64,000 nt of DNA from Parvibaculaceae bacterium (GCA_965227805.1 CBDDGJ010000001.1:34249-98248), one strand, 5' to 3'. Positions 43,018-52,041 are shown, counted from the stretch's first letter. Numbers and translations are program-made. The notes: generated from the letters alone by a model not told the origin.

Positions 43018-43023
43018 TATTTC

Positions 43024-44706
43024 ATGATTAACTCAAACTTTTCAGATTTGATTGCAATCCCGCATAAACTGTCTGCGATGGTTGTACATTTAAAATTTAA
43101 TAATATTAACATAAAGTTAGTATCACTTCTAAATGCCCTCCAAAATATAACCAGCTTTTTATTGATGATAATCCCCCTAAAAGCATTATTATTTATACTT
43201 AGTGACAGGTATTATTTTGCAATTTTAGGTGATAATATAGATAAATTTATTTACTTATCTATACTAATTTTGATATTTTTGTTTTTTGCAATAATAGATC
43301 ATTTTATTAAAGCCCGCATTAAGACAATCAAGTATCAACTTTCAGTAAAGTATAGAAATATAGACAGATATAAGGTTTTTAATAGCCAAAACTACTTTGT
43401 TGTACCAATTATTGATCACATGATCGATTTTTATTCATCTATAATTTTGTTTTCCCTATATTTTGCCATAGCTCTTTTAATAAAACCAATTGTAGGTTTT
43501 TTGTATGCTTTTATTGTTGTTATGTTTGCATTTGTCTTTTTGCGCGTCAAGAATAGCCATACAACTAAGAGGCTTTCTTATTTTTTCTACTTCAGAATAA
43601 TATCAATAACACTAACACTTATTTTTATTGTAAGTATTTTAAATGAAACAGTAATATTTTTGTCTTTAGTCCTTTTTTTTGTAACTCGACAATGGCTTGC
43701 TCAAATAATTCAAATAGGTTCTGTACTTGTTAAGTTAGATAATGTGAAAATGCCACGGGTTCTTATTTCTCGGAAATTAGATGACCAAGAAACACTCAAA
43801 CATCCTACTATTATGAAAACGTACATTAACGATGAAATAAAGCATAACATAATAAAACTAATTTCAAGAAAAGTTGAAGGTAAGTATGTCGAACTGAACG
43901 AATTTAGATTTAGATATTTATATACCCCGCTTTCATCTATAGACACTTTTTATCTTTCTGGACCACAAAACGATTTGGTCCCAAAAAATAATTTGGTTGT
44001 TTACTACAAAAAACTGCAGTTATTTCTCAGTGAGCTGGAGTTGCAACCATTATTTCGTTGTTCTTCTTTAACTTGCGATATAGAGATCGTTCAGCATCGT
44101 GAGTTAAACGGTGTGGTTTTTAAGGAAGAAATTGGGAGTAGATATTCTAAAAACAGTTTTATGAAAAATATCCAACATATACTGGTAGAACTTTGGAAAG
44201 TTAATCCAGAGTATGGCGCTGTAAATGGTATTAATGATTGTTATATTGAACGAAATTTGAATAAGAACATTATTGAAGACCTTATTTTGATTGCTGAGAA
44301 CGATCAAGAAAGAGCTATTCTTAGCAGCCTAGCTCAAAAGACTGATCTAATTATAGAAAAAATTTCAAAGTATCCTCAGGTGTTTTTTCACCCTTTTTTT
44401 TCATCCGATATTTTTTTTCAGGGCAACGATGATACACCTAGAATGATAGGTTTTGGTTATCTGGAAGTAGCTCCTGTTGGGGTACAACTTGCATTTATTG
44501 AAAAGGATTTAAGTCCAGAACAATTAAATGTTATTCTAAAACAATTGCTATCAAGTAGACCTGAGTTCTCCAATATCTTACCAGACGATTTATTGGTTCC
44601 TAAGATAGCATATCAATTTTTAAGAGCATTTAGGCAAGCGCAATACGTAAATGCGAAGTATAAAGCAATCAAACTAGCTGCGGCTGTGGAAAGACATGAT
44701 ATATAG
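43024..44706 (+). CDS. Hypothetical membrane protein (N-terminal TM bundle plus a ~300-aa soluble domain)
   Basis: 560 aa in very AT-rich DNA. The first ~240 aa contain several hydrophobic helices. There is no Walker A motif. In the C-terminal part, VFFHPFFSSDIFFQGNDDTPRMIGFGYLEVAP weakly resembles the catalytic-loop region of an APH/kinase fold, but without the HxD residues. Confidence 0.5.
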   Translation: MINSNFSDLIAIPHKLSAMVVHLKFNNINIKLVSLLNALQNITSFLLMIIPLKALLFILSDRYYFAILGDNIDKFIYLSILILIFLFFAIIDHFIKARIKTIKYQLSVKYRNIDRYKVFNSQNYFVVPIIDHMIDFYSSIILFSLYFAIALLIKPIVGFLYAFIVVMFAFVFLRVKNSHTTKRLSYFFYFRIISITLTLIFIVSILNETVIFLSLVLFFVTRQWLAQIIQIGSVLVKLDNVKMPRVLISRKLDDQETLKHPTIMKTYINDEIKHNIIKLISRKVEGKYVELNEFRFRYLYTPLSSIDTFYLSGPQNDLVPKNNLVVYYKKLQLFLSELELQPLFRCSSLTCDIEIVQHRELNGVVFKEEIGSRYSKNSFMKNIQHILVELWKVNPEYGAVNGINDCYIERNLNKNIIEDLILIAENDQERAILSSLAQKTDLIIEKISKYPQVFFHPFFSSDIFFQGNDDTPRMIGFGYLEVAPVGVQLAFIEKDLSPEQLNVILKQLLSSRPEFSNILPDDLLVPKIAYQFLRAFRQAQYVNAKYKAIKLAAAVERHDI

Positions 44707-47041
44707 AAAATTTTCAACCGGCTGGATGCTCCTAGGCCGTCAAACACTATTAAAAAATTACTCCGCAATAGCTGGGTGGGATGAATATGACCTTGGGAGT
44801 TTTACTCTTTTTAGTGAACCTGACAATAAATACTTGGTCTGCAAACATGGTGATACGCAGATCATATGCTTCGGACTAATCAACAATGTCTATAATTATT
44901 TGTTGGAGAGTGAAGAAATACTAAAGGATATGACTAAAGGTTTAGCTGAGCAGGGTTTTGAAGCGTTATATAAATCAATAATTCCATTAGGTGGTAGTTT
45001 TGTACTGATTATAAAGAAAGATGATGATGTCTATGTTATTCTTGATGCCTCAGGATCGAAGCCAGCATGTTTTTTCAAGAATGAAAGTATAAGATGCATT
45101 AGTTCGCATCCCAGATTGATCGGTAGAGGGTTTGAATTAAACGAAAGTGAATTTTCGATTGGTTGGCGAAATCACCCTAAAGTGGGAGCAGGTGGTAGGT
45201 ATTATCCTGGATTAAAGACTATGTACGAAAATGTTTTAGCAATTACTCCGAACCTAATATTCTGTGCAAATACGAATTCATTCAGCAGATGGTATCCATT
45301 TCGCAATTTGCCGCATTTGACGATAGATGAAGTCGTCAAGGAAACATCACCATTGTTAAAAAACCAACTCAAATGGTTAATAGCAAAAACTAAAAAGTTA
45401 TATATATCATTGAGTGGCGGCATAGATACGAGGCTTACCTTGGCTTTGAGCCGAGACATTTATAATGCTTGTACATATTTTACCTATTTCAATAAGGGGC
45501 CAATATTAAATACCGATGTAGTGACGGCTCAACTACTTAGCAAAAAACTGGGTTTGAGACACAAGATTTTTCCTTCAAGCTCAGTTCCCGACAAACAATA
45601 CGAACAAGATTTTTACGAGAGTGAAGGCGAAATTAGATCATCACCAATGACACTTTTTGAAATGCACAAAAATATCCCGCAAAATTGTGTTCATGTAAGA
45701 TCAAATGTATTAGAGGTTGCTCGAGGTTTTTATCTAAAAAACAAGGCTAATCATCCAAATAAATTTGATGCTGAAAGGTTGTCACGATTATTTAGAAATT
45801 CAACTAAAGATTTGTTCGTCAAAGAGTTTCAAGAATTTATAGATGAAACACATTTTGTACAGGAAAATTTCTTTAACTATCACTATTCAGACTTATATTA
45901 TATGGAACATAGGCTTGCGTGTAATTATGGCCCTATTCTCCGAGGGCATGGTGGTGCGTTCGAAACCTATTCAATATATAATAGTTACGCCATTATAGAG
46001 CTACTTCTATCCATCGACAAGATTGAGCGTAGTGCCAATTCAGCAATACTGGAATTAATAAAATATCAATGGCCTGAAACCCTCGATGTTCCGATATTTA
46101 GTGGATCAAAATTTTTATCTAATCCTCTGCTCAAGGATGCAGATGATTTAAAATTTGAACTTGAACTAAAAGTCAATACTGAACGATCATCAGCACCGCC
46201 GAAAGGCTTTCGAATGTACGTTAACCCCGCAACGGGTATACCAATATCTTGGTACGGCACATATAAAGGTGTTGATATTGGATTAAAGACGTCGACATTG
46301 TCTTTGGCAGAACGTGGAATATACTATTGGAATAAGTATCTTCGAAAAGGCAAAAGGCAATACTTACTTTCCTACGATTGGGAAGTCACTTACCCCAGCA
46401 ATAAAGACACTGAACCTAGGAGTCAGGATGACGCCGCTATTGCTATGCAGAATTGCGCAGATGTTCTTATCACCAGTTACACTGAAAAAGACGGTTTTTC
46501 GATTTGGCTCCATGACTATCCTTTCCCTTACAATACTCCTTCTGGATGGAGCAGTGCTCATTCGCAAGCAGCGGGTATGCTACTATTAGCGCTAACATTT
46601 AAATTAACCAAAAATGAAAAGTATTTCTTACCGATTAATAAGCTCTCAAATGCGTTCTCAAAATCTATAGAAGAAGGCAGTTTTTCTGTAAGATTAGGGG
46701 CCGATTCTGTTTGGTATGAGAAAATTAGTTCTGCTGAGAATGATCAGCCACGAATTTTAAATGGCATGATGATGACATTGTTATATCTATATGAAACCTA
46801 TAAATTAACTGAAGACGAACAATTATATGATTATTTTCTAAAGGGATTTACTGCTTTAGAGCAAAATATAAAAAAGTATGACACAGGAACTTGGTCATTA
46901 TACGACAAGTGGAAAAAATCATCTCGACATTATCATGAATTACATATGGACCAGCTAGTCGAACTAATAAAAATCAAACCCAGTGCCCGCTTAATTTTAA
47001 CATTAGCATTGTTCAAAATTTATTATTTATTTAACAAATGA
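44696..47041 (+). CDS. Fusion protein: asparagine-synthetase-like (PP-loop adenylating) domain plus D-glucuronyl C5-epimerase-like C-terminal domain
   Basis: GGSFVLIIKKDDDVYVILDASGSKPACFF fits the AsnB N-domain pattern, but there is no Cys at position 2. The PP-loop is LYISLSGGIDTRLTLAL. The C-terminus carries GWSSAHSQAAGMLLLALTFKLTKNEKY, ILNGMMMTLLYLYE, YDTGTWSLYD and YHELHMDQLVEL, which fits the C5-epimerase C-terminal pattern. Confidence 0.65.
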   Translation: MIYRKFSTGWMLLGRQTLLKNYSAIAGWDEYDLGSFTLFSEPDNKYLVCKHGDTQIICFGLINNVYNYLLESEEILKDMTKGLAEQGFEALYKSIIPLGGSFVLIIKKDDDVYVILDASGSKPACFFKNESIRCISSHPRLIGRGFELNESEFSIGWRNHPKVGAGGRYYPGLKTMYENVLAITPNLIFCANTNSFSRWYPFRNLPHLTIDEVVKETSPLLKNQLKWLIAKTKKLYISLSGGIDTRLTLALSRDIYNACTYFTYFNKGPILNTDVVTAQLLSKKLGLRHKIFPSSSVPDKQYEQDFYESEGEIRSSPMTLFEMHKNIPQNCVHVRSNVLEVARGFYLKNKANHPNKFDAERLSRLFRNSTKDLFVKEFQEFIDETHFVQENFFNYHYSDLYYMEHRLACNYGPILRGHGGAFETYSIYNSYAIIELLLSIDKIERSANSAILELIKYQWPETLDVPIFSGSKFLSNPLLKDADDLKFELELKVNTERSSAPPKGFRMYVNPATGIPISWYGTYKGVDIGLKTSTLSLAERGIYYWNKYLRKGKRQYLLSYDWEVTYPSNKDTEPRSQDDAAIAMQNCADVLITSYTEKDGFSIWLHDYPFPYNTPSGWSSAHSQAAGMLLLALTFKLTKNEKYFLPINKLSNAFSKSIEEGSFSVRLGADSVWYEKISSAENDQPRILNGMMMTLLYLYETYKLTEDEQLYDYFLKGFTALEQNIKKYDTGTWSLYDKWKKSSRHYHELHMDQLVELIKIKPSARLILTLALFKIYYLFNK

Positions 47042-47089
47042 GATTTTGTTTTGTAGGAGTATAGTAAAATTTCTGTAGAAAATATTTCG

Positions 47090-48307
47090 ATGATTGTTTG
47101 GAACGATTTCCGTAATGACGCTCGGGTTCTAAAGGAAGCACAGACACTTCAATCTGCTGGTTATCAGGTGACGGTACATGCTATACATACACCTGGAGTG
47201 ACTCAGAAACATGAAACCCTGCCTTGTGGCGTAAAAGTAGTACGTGTCGCCCGTAGTCCATTGTGGAAATGGCGTAAAAAGAATCTGGCTACGGCTAATG
47301 GTAATACACAAGCGCAGGGGAAAAAGCCATCGGGTCCTATTAAAAAATTATCTCTGAAAGGCCAACTTCTGCGTATTATCGCTCGTGGCTGGACTCACTT
47401 GTGGTTGCTGTATCAGCTAGTGCGTTCCAAGCCAGATGTGGTACATGGTCACGATGTAAATACCCTACCTACAGCCTGGCTGGCCTCGGTGATTGCCCGT
47501 GTGCCTCTGGTCTACGATGCTCATGAGATCAGTACTGATCGGGAAGGTTATGCTAGTTTCCGTAAAGTAGTGGGTTGCATTGAGAAATGCCTTATGCCAA
47601 GAGCAGCAGGGAGAATCACCACTACCGATACCCGTGCCAAGTTTTTTGCACGTGCCTACGGTATTTCCCGACCATTGGTTTTGCAGAATCGATCGCAATA
47701 TCTATTGGTAGATCGTTCTGAAAGAATTCGGAATGAACTTAATTTGCAAGAAAGATGGCCCATTGTGCTCTACCAGGGTGGCTTGCAACAAGGGCGGGGG
47801 CTTGAGCGTATTATTGATGTCGCACAAGAAGTAAAAAACGCTTATTTTGTCTTTATCGGTGGTGGCCGTCTTGAACCTAAATTAAAAAAACAGGCTGCTC
47901 GATTAAATCTTAAAGGTAAGGTGTATTTTATTGATACAGTGTCATTGGATGACTTGCCCTATTACACGGCTTCAGCAGATATAGGTGTGCAGGCAATAGA
48001 GAATACCTGTTTTAACCATTTCTCTACCGATTCAAATAAAGTTTTTGAATATGTTATGGCTGGCTTGCCCGTTATTTCTTCTAACCTACCAGAAATCCGA
48101 AAATTGATAAAAGAATACAGTTTTGGTGTGTTGGTGGAACCTGGATGTAATAATTCTTTAAAAGAGGCTATTCAGCAACTTGTAGATGACAAAATGCTAC
48201 GCTATAAGTTAAGTTGTAAATCCAGTGTTGTAAAAACTAAATTAAACTGGGAGGAGCAGCAATCGAAGTTAATTGATCTTTATACGGAGATCATCCGAGG
48301 CCATTGA
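47090..48307 (+). CDS. Glycosyltransferase family 4 (GT-B)
   Basis: 405 aa. The N-terminal GT4 donor-less domain has HGHDVNTLPTAW. The C-terminal part has ..SADIGVQAIENTCFNHFSTDSNKVFEYVMAGLPVISS, an E-x7-E-like region. Confidence 0.8.
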   Translation: MIVWNDFRNDARVLKEAQTLQSAGYQVTVHAIHTPGVTQKHETLPCGVKVVRVARSPLWKWRKKNLATANGNTQAQGKKPSGPIKKLSLKGQLLRIIARGWTHLWLLYQLVRSKPDVVHGHDVNTLPTAWLASVIARVPLVYDAHEISTDREGYASFRKVVGCIEKCLMPRAAGRITTTDTRAKFFARAYGISRPLVLQNRSQYLLVDRSERIRNELNLQERWPIVLYQGGLQQGRGLERIIDVAQEVKNAYFVFIGGGRLEPKLKKQAARLNLKGKVYFIDTVSLDDLPYYTASADIGVQAIENTCFNHFSTDSNKVFEYVMAGLPVISSNLPEIRKLIKEYSFGVLVEPGCNNSLKEAIQQLVDDKMLRYKLSCKSSVVKTKLNWEEQQSKLIDLYTEIIRGH

Positions 48308-49491
48308 TGCGTATTCTTTATTTGTCTTTTTATTTTGAGCCAGATTTCGGACCCGCTGCAATACGAAACACACTTATTGCAAAAAAATTGTCCGAACATA
48401 ACTCTGTCGCTGAAGTACATGTTATAACAACAATGCCGCATCGGTGGAAGGATAGCTTTAGTCGTTCGGAAAATGGCTCAAAAAAACTAAAAATCTCAAA
48501 AGTTGATACTGCCTCAAAGCATAATGGCATTTTAGGGCAGATTTTTCGCTTTTTTGTGTATCAAAAATTTGTTCGTAAAAGTTGTATATCACAAGATTAC
48601 GACTTGGTTTTTGCCTCATCTTCGAAGTTAGGCACGTCTCTTCTTGGGGCACTGATGTCAAAAAAACTAAAAGCCTATTACTATCTCGATATTAGAGATT
48701 TGTTTATAGAAACAATTGATGATTTTTTACCCGGCAGAATTTTTAAACCGATAAAATTTATTCTGTTTGTTTTAAATAGATATAGTATTAAAAAAGCTCA
48801 TCGCATAAATGCGCTATCAACTTCATTCATAAATCAATTGTCCCAGATAAATAGTGAGGTAAAAATAAGATCCATTTATCATGGAATTGACAGTCAATTT
48901 CTTAATGTTGTTGGCAGGCGCGCTAACATCGATTTTTACAAAAAATCTCGATGCCACAATAAAACACTGCTTTACGCTGGTAATTTTGGTTTCGGGCAAG
49001 GTTTGCATAAATATCTCCCGGCTATATCATCATTGTTACCACCTAATTGGGAAATTCATTTATATGGTGACGGACCTAAAAAGAATGAAGTAGCAGAAAG
49101 TGCTGCTAACTTAAAAAACGTGAAATTATTTCCTTTTGTCGAAAGGAGTGAGTTGCCTGAGATATATTCGAAATCCGATATATTGTTTCTCACACTAAAT
49201 TCTACGCTTGCATTTCAAAACAGTTTGCCTTCAAAAATTTTTGAGTATTGTGTGACTGGCAAGCCAGTTATCGCTTTTTGTAGTGGGTACCTTCAAAAGT
49301 TTATCCTAGAAAATAACATCGAAGGTGTTTACTCCATAAATCAAGATGACTTTGGTAAACTCAGGGAAATATTACCTGAAGTGGAGGGCAAAGAGTTTGA
49401 TCGTACGCTCTTTTTCGAGAAATGGTGTAGAGAAAAACAAGTTAAGTTAATGGTGGACGATATAATTTCATTAGGTTTGAATATCCCCTAG
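48304..49491 (+). CDS. Glycosyltransferase family 4, WbuB/WcaI-like
   Basis: MRILYLSFYFEPDFGPAAIRNTLIAKKL is a WbuB/WcaI-type N-terminus. The C-terminal part has LPSKIFEYCVTGKPVIAF. Its start overlaps the stop of the previous GT gene. Confidence 0.75.
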   Translation: MMRILYLSFYFEPDFGPAAIRNTLIAKKLSEHNSVAEVHVITTMPHRWKDSFSRSENGSKKLKISKVDTASKHNGILGQIFRFFVYQKFVRKSCISQDYDLVFASSSKLGTSLLGALMSKKLKAYYYLDIRDLFIETIDDFLPGRIFKPIKFILFVLNRYSIKKAHRINALSTSFINQLSQINSEVKIRSIYHGIDSQFLNVVGRRANIDFYKKSRCHNKTLLYAGNFGFGQGLHKYLPAISSLLPPNWEIHLYGDGPKKNEVAESAANLKNVKLFPFVERSELPEIYSKSDILFLTLNSTLAFQNSLPSKIFEYCVTGKPVIAFCSGYLQKFILENNIEGVYSINQDDFGKLREILPEVEGKEFDRTLFFEKWCREKQVKLMVDDIISLGLNIP

Positions 49492-49540
49492 AATTGTAGA
49501 CACTTTACTTGTTAAATATGGAAGTAAAGGAGGTATACAA

Positions 49541-49660
49541 ATGCCAAAGGGAATTTGGTATTCAGAAGAGTTCAAACGTGATGCGTTTTCGCAGGTTATT
49601 AATCGCGGTTACAGCGTTTAGGAGGCTGCGGGCAGACTCGGGATCACGATCAAATCGCTT
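49541..49660 (+). pseudogene. N-terminal stub of another IS3-family OrfA
   Basis: MPKGIWYSEEFKRDAFSQVINRGYSV*EAAGRLGITIKSL has an in-frame stop and is cut off by an IS type A end at 49661. A strong aaggagg RBS lies upstream. Confidence 0.65.
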
Positions 49661-49783
49661 GGTAATCCCCCCATAAATTAGTAGTTTTTTGAAGTAGAAT
49701 TTTCTATCGTTTAGCGAAGGAGATTTACGATGAAACAGAAACGATTTAGTGAGACACAGATTATGCAGATATTGAAACAGGCG
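49661..49783 (+). mobile_element. IS type A left-end fragment (~120 bp)
   Basis: By eye I saw no mismatch to 35231-35353, which covers the IR GGTAATCCCCCCATAAATTAG and the first OrfA codons. It abuts an inverted type A right end. Confidence 0.85.
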
Positions 49784-50290
49784 GGTAATCCCCCCTTTAT
49801 TATTAGGGGTCTGAAGTAGACAGTTTTGTTTTGGTGGCTTTAGCCAGTTTCATTGCTGGTGTTATGCCGCCGATAGCCATACTAGGTCTTTCATTATTAT
49901 ATGTCCATAGCCATTTTGTTGCCGTGAGTTGCGCCTCCTCAATCGTATTAAATTCGTTCATCTCCAGCCATTCATGCCTGACGGTGCGGTTGTAACGTTC
50001 AATATAAGCGTTCTGTTGTGGCTTGCCTGGCTGGATATGAGCGAGCCGGATGCCTCGCTTATTTGCCCAGCATCTCACTGCCCCACTGATATATTCAGGG
50101 CCATTATCACAACGTATCACGCGTGGTTTACCACGCCATTCAATGATCTGCTCCAGTGAACGCTTCACACGCTCAGATGGTAAGGATAGATCAACCTCTA
50201 TACCCAACCCTTCACGATTGAAGTCATCCAATACATTGAAGGTTCGGAACGCCTTGCCGGTGCTGAGCTGGTCGGCCATAAAATCCATCG
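49784..50290 (-). pseudogene. IS type A 3' part (OrfB C-terminal ~160 codons plus right IR), inverted
   Basis: [29 protein letters not shown]... matches copy 1 OrfB except for a few substitutions (e.g. RTVRHEW versus RTVSHEW). The IR is GGTAATCCCCCCTTTATTATTAGG at 49784. Confidence 0.85.
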
Positions 50291-50345
50291 GTAATCTCCC
50301 CATTATTATTAGGGGTCTGAAGTAGACAGTTTTGTTTTGGTTGCT
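50291..50345 (-). mobile_element. Second IS type A right-end fragment (~55 bp)
   Basis: ggtaatctccccattattattaggggtctgaagtagacagttttgttttgg repeats the sequence at 49784-49835. It directly abuts IS type B. Confidence 0.8.
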
Positions 50346-50349
50346 TGTG

Positions 50350-51147
50350 TCAAGCCCCATAATTTTGTGCCAGTTTTTGTGAGAGTATTTTTGTGTTTTG
50401 GTTGAGTATGTTTGTTTCTGGTGCTGGTGGTTTGTAGTTTAGTGCTTGGTGCGGTCTGATATGGTTATATTGCTTTACCCAGCCTTTTATTACCACCTTT
50501 GCTTCTGTCAGCGACAAGAAGGTTTCTGCATTTAACAACTCGGTTCTGAGTATACCGTTAAACCTTTCATTAAAGCCATTTTCCCATGGCGACCCTGGGG
50601 CGATATAAAGCGTTTCGGTGCCCACATTACGCAAGAAACGCTTTATATCGGTGCTGGTAAATTCTCTACCATTATCCGACCTGATATGCTCAGGCACGCC
50701 GTGTTTGGCGAAGCATTTTGCCAGTGTTTCAATCACATCTATGGACTTGATATTGTAGCCAACTTCCACAGCTATCGCCTCTCTGCTGAACTCGTCGAGC
50801 AACGTTAACATTCTGTATTTCCTGCCATTATGCAGCTTGTCCCCCACAAAGTCATAGCTCCAAATATGGTTCTTATATTTGGCACGAAGTCTGAGGCAAG
50901 AGGAAGTGCCATCATATATGCGCTTGCGCTTTTTGTGTCTTTTAGGCAGCTGCAAGCCTTCTTCGCGCCATAGTCTTTCTACCTTCTTATGGTTAACATT
51001 ATGCCCCTCAACCCGCAATAATGCTGCTATCTTGCGGTATCCATAACGACCATATTGCTTGGCTAGGCGTATCATATCAAGCCGTAGCTGTTCATCGCTG
51101 CAAGCTTGAGTGGGTTTATACTGACACACGCTTCTTGGAATATCCAA
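50350..51147 (-). CDS. IS3-family transposase OrfB (type B)
   Basis: [52 protein letters not shown]. The frame is open upstream of the first ATG, towards OrfA. Confidence 0.8.
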   Translation of the reverse strand: MDIPRSVCQYKPTQACSDEQLRLDMIRLAKQYGRYGYRKIAALLRVEGHNVNHKKVERLWREEGLQLPKRHKKRKRIYDGTSSCLRLRAKYKNHIWSYDFVGDKLHNGRKYRMLTLLDEFSREAIAVEVGYNIKSIDVIETLAKCFAKHGVPEHIRSDNGREFTSTDIKRFLRNVGTETLYIAPGSPWENGFNERFNGILRTELLNAETFLSLTEAKVVIKGWVKQYNHIRPHQALNYKPPAPETNILNQNTKILSQKLAQNYGA

Positions 51148-51224
51148 AGCCTTGCAAACTTTACGCTGGCTTGTGCTCAGCCTTTGTTGGCAATGGACTG
51201 CAATAGAGCGCTTATCTGCTGTGG

Positions 51225-51515
51225 TTAGGCCTTTTTCTTGTCCAAAAAATCGAGCCCCTCCTTGAGAATCAACTTATCTAACTCTAGCGCAGCAACTATC
51301 TTTTTAAGGCGCACATTCTCCTGCTCCAAGGCTTTTAGGCGTTTAACCTCGCTATTCTTCATATGACCATAATTGCCACGCCAGCGGTAATATGTCTGCG
51401 GGCTAATGCCACTCTTGCGGCAGGCAGAATCGGTATCCATACCCCCACCAATATTCACCTCAACCTCACGTAATATGCGGATTATATCATTGTCACTAAA
51501 ACGTTTTCTGCTCAT
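51225..51515 (-). CDS. IS3-family transposase OrfA (type B)
   Basis: MSRKRFSDNDIIRILREVEV...SGISPQTYYRWRGNYG...RLKALEQENVRLKKIVAALELDKLILKEGL. Confidence 0.8.
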   Translation of the reverse strand: MSRKRFSDNDIIRILREVEVNIGGGMDTDSACRKSGISPQTYYRWRGNYGHMKNSEVKRLKALEQENVRLKKIVAALELDKLILKEGLDFLDKKKA

Positions 51516-51623
51516 CTTTTACTCCTATAATTGATGTTTCTTAAAATCCTAACGAGAAATATACACCCAATCAAAGACAATAATCTCTCGCTAAAACTGG
51601 TACAATTATAAGGGGGAAGGACA

Positions 51624-52041
51624 GAAAAGGTGGCACACGCAAGCCGAATACTCACGCCTCTCTCGTTTACTGCCCATTTCGCTATCCCTTTGCGAAGCGA
51701 AGGGCTTACCACTTTTTTCCAAGGGCTTCCTTCAGCAAATCATTCTGCATGCTCATCTCAGCATACATCCGCTTCAGGCGATGGTTTTCATCCGCCATGG
51801 CTTTCATCTGGGAAATCATCGACGCATCCATCCCGCCATATTTGCTCCGCCATTTGTAAAAGCTCGCGCTACTCATACCATGCGCGCGGCACAGTTCAGA
51901 AACAGAAACGCCTTGCTCCGCCTGTTTCAATATCTGCATAATCTGTGTCTCACTAAATCGTTTCTGTTTCATCATAAATCTCCTTCGCTAAACGATAGAA
52001 AATTCTACTGCAAAAAACTACTAATTTATGAGGGGATTACC
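51624..52041 (-). mobile_element. IS type A 5' part (left IR, OrfA intact at 51706-51975, first ~30 codons of OrfB)
   Basis: Near-identical to 35231-35648 in reverse orientation. It ends with ...GGGGATTACC at 52041. Confidence 0.85.

Larger units (their letters stand above)
50346..51623 (-). mobile_element. IS3-family insertion sequence (type B), inserted into an IS type A copy
   Basis: The ends are TGTGTCAAGCCCCATAATTTTGTGCCAGTTTTT (50346) and TGTCCTTCCCCCTTATAATTGTACCAGTTTT (reverse complement of 51623). The upper junction interrupts type A OrfB after ...ACATFS. Confidence 0.8.

Noticed and set aside
44394-44418. Two T8 runs inside the 560-aa CDS, considered as phase-variation sites.
   Set aside because: The whole gene is extremely AT-rich, and runs of 7-8 A or T are frequent there and in neighbouring genes. 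There is no specific evidence of slippage.
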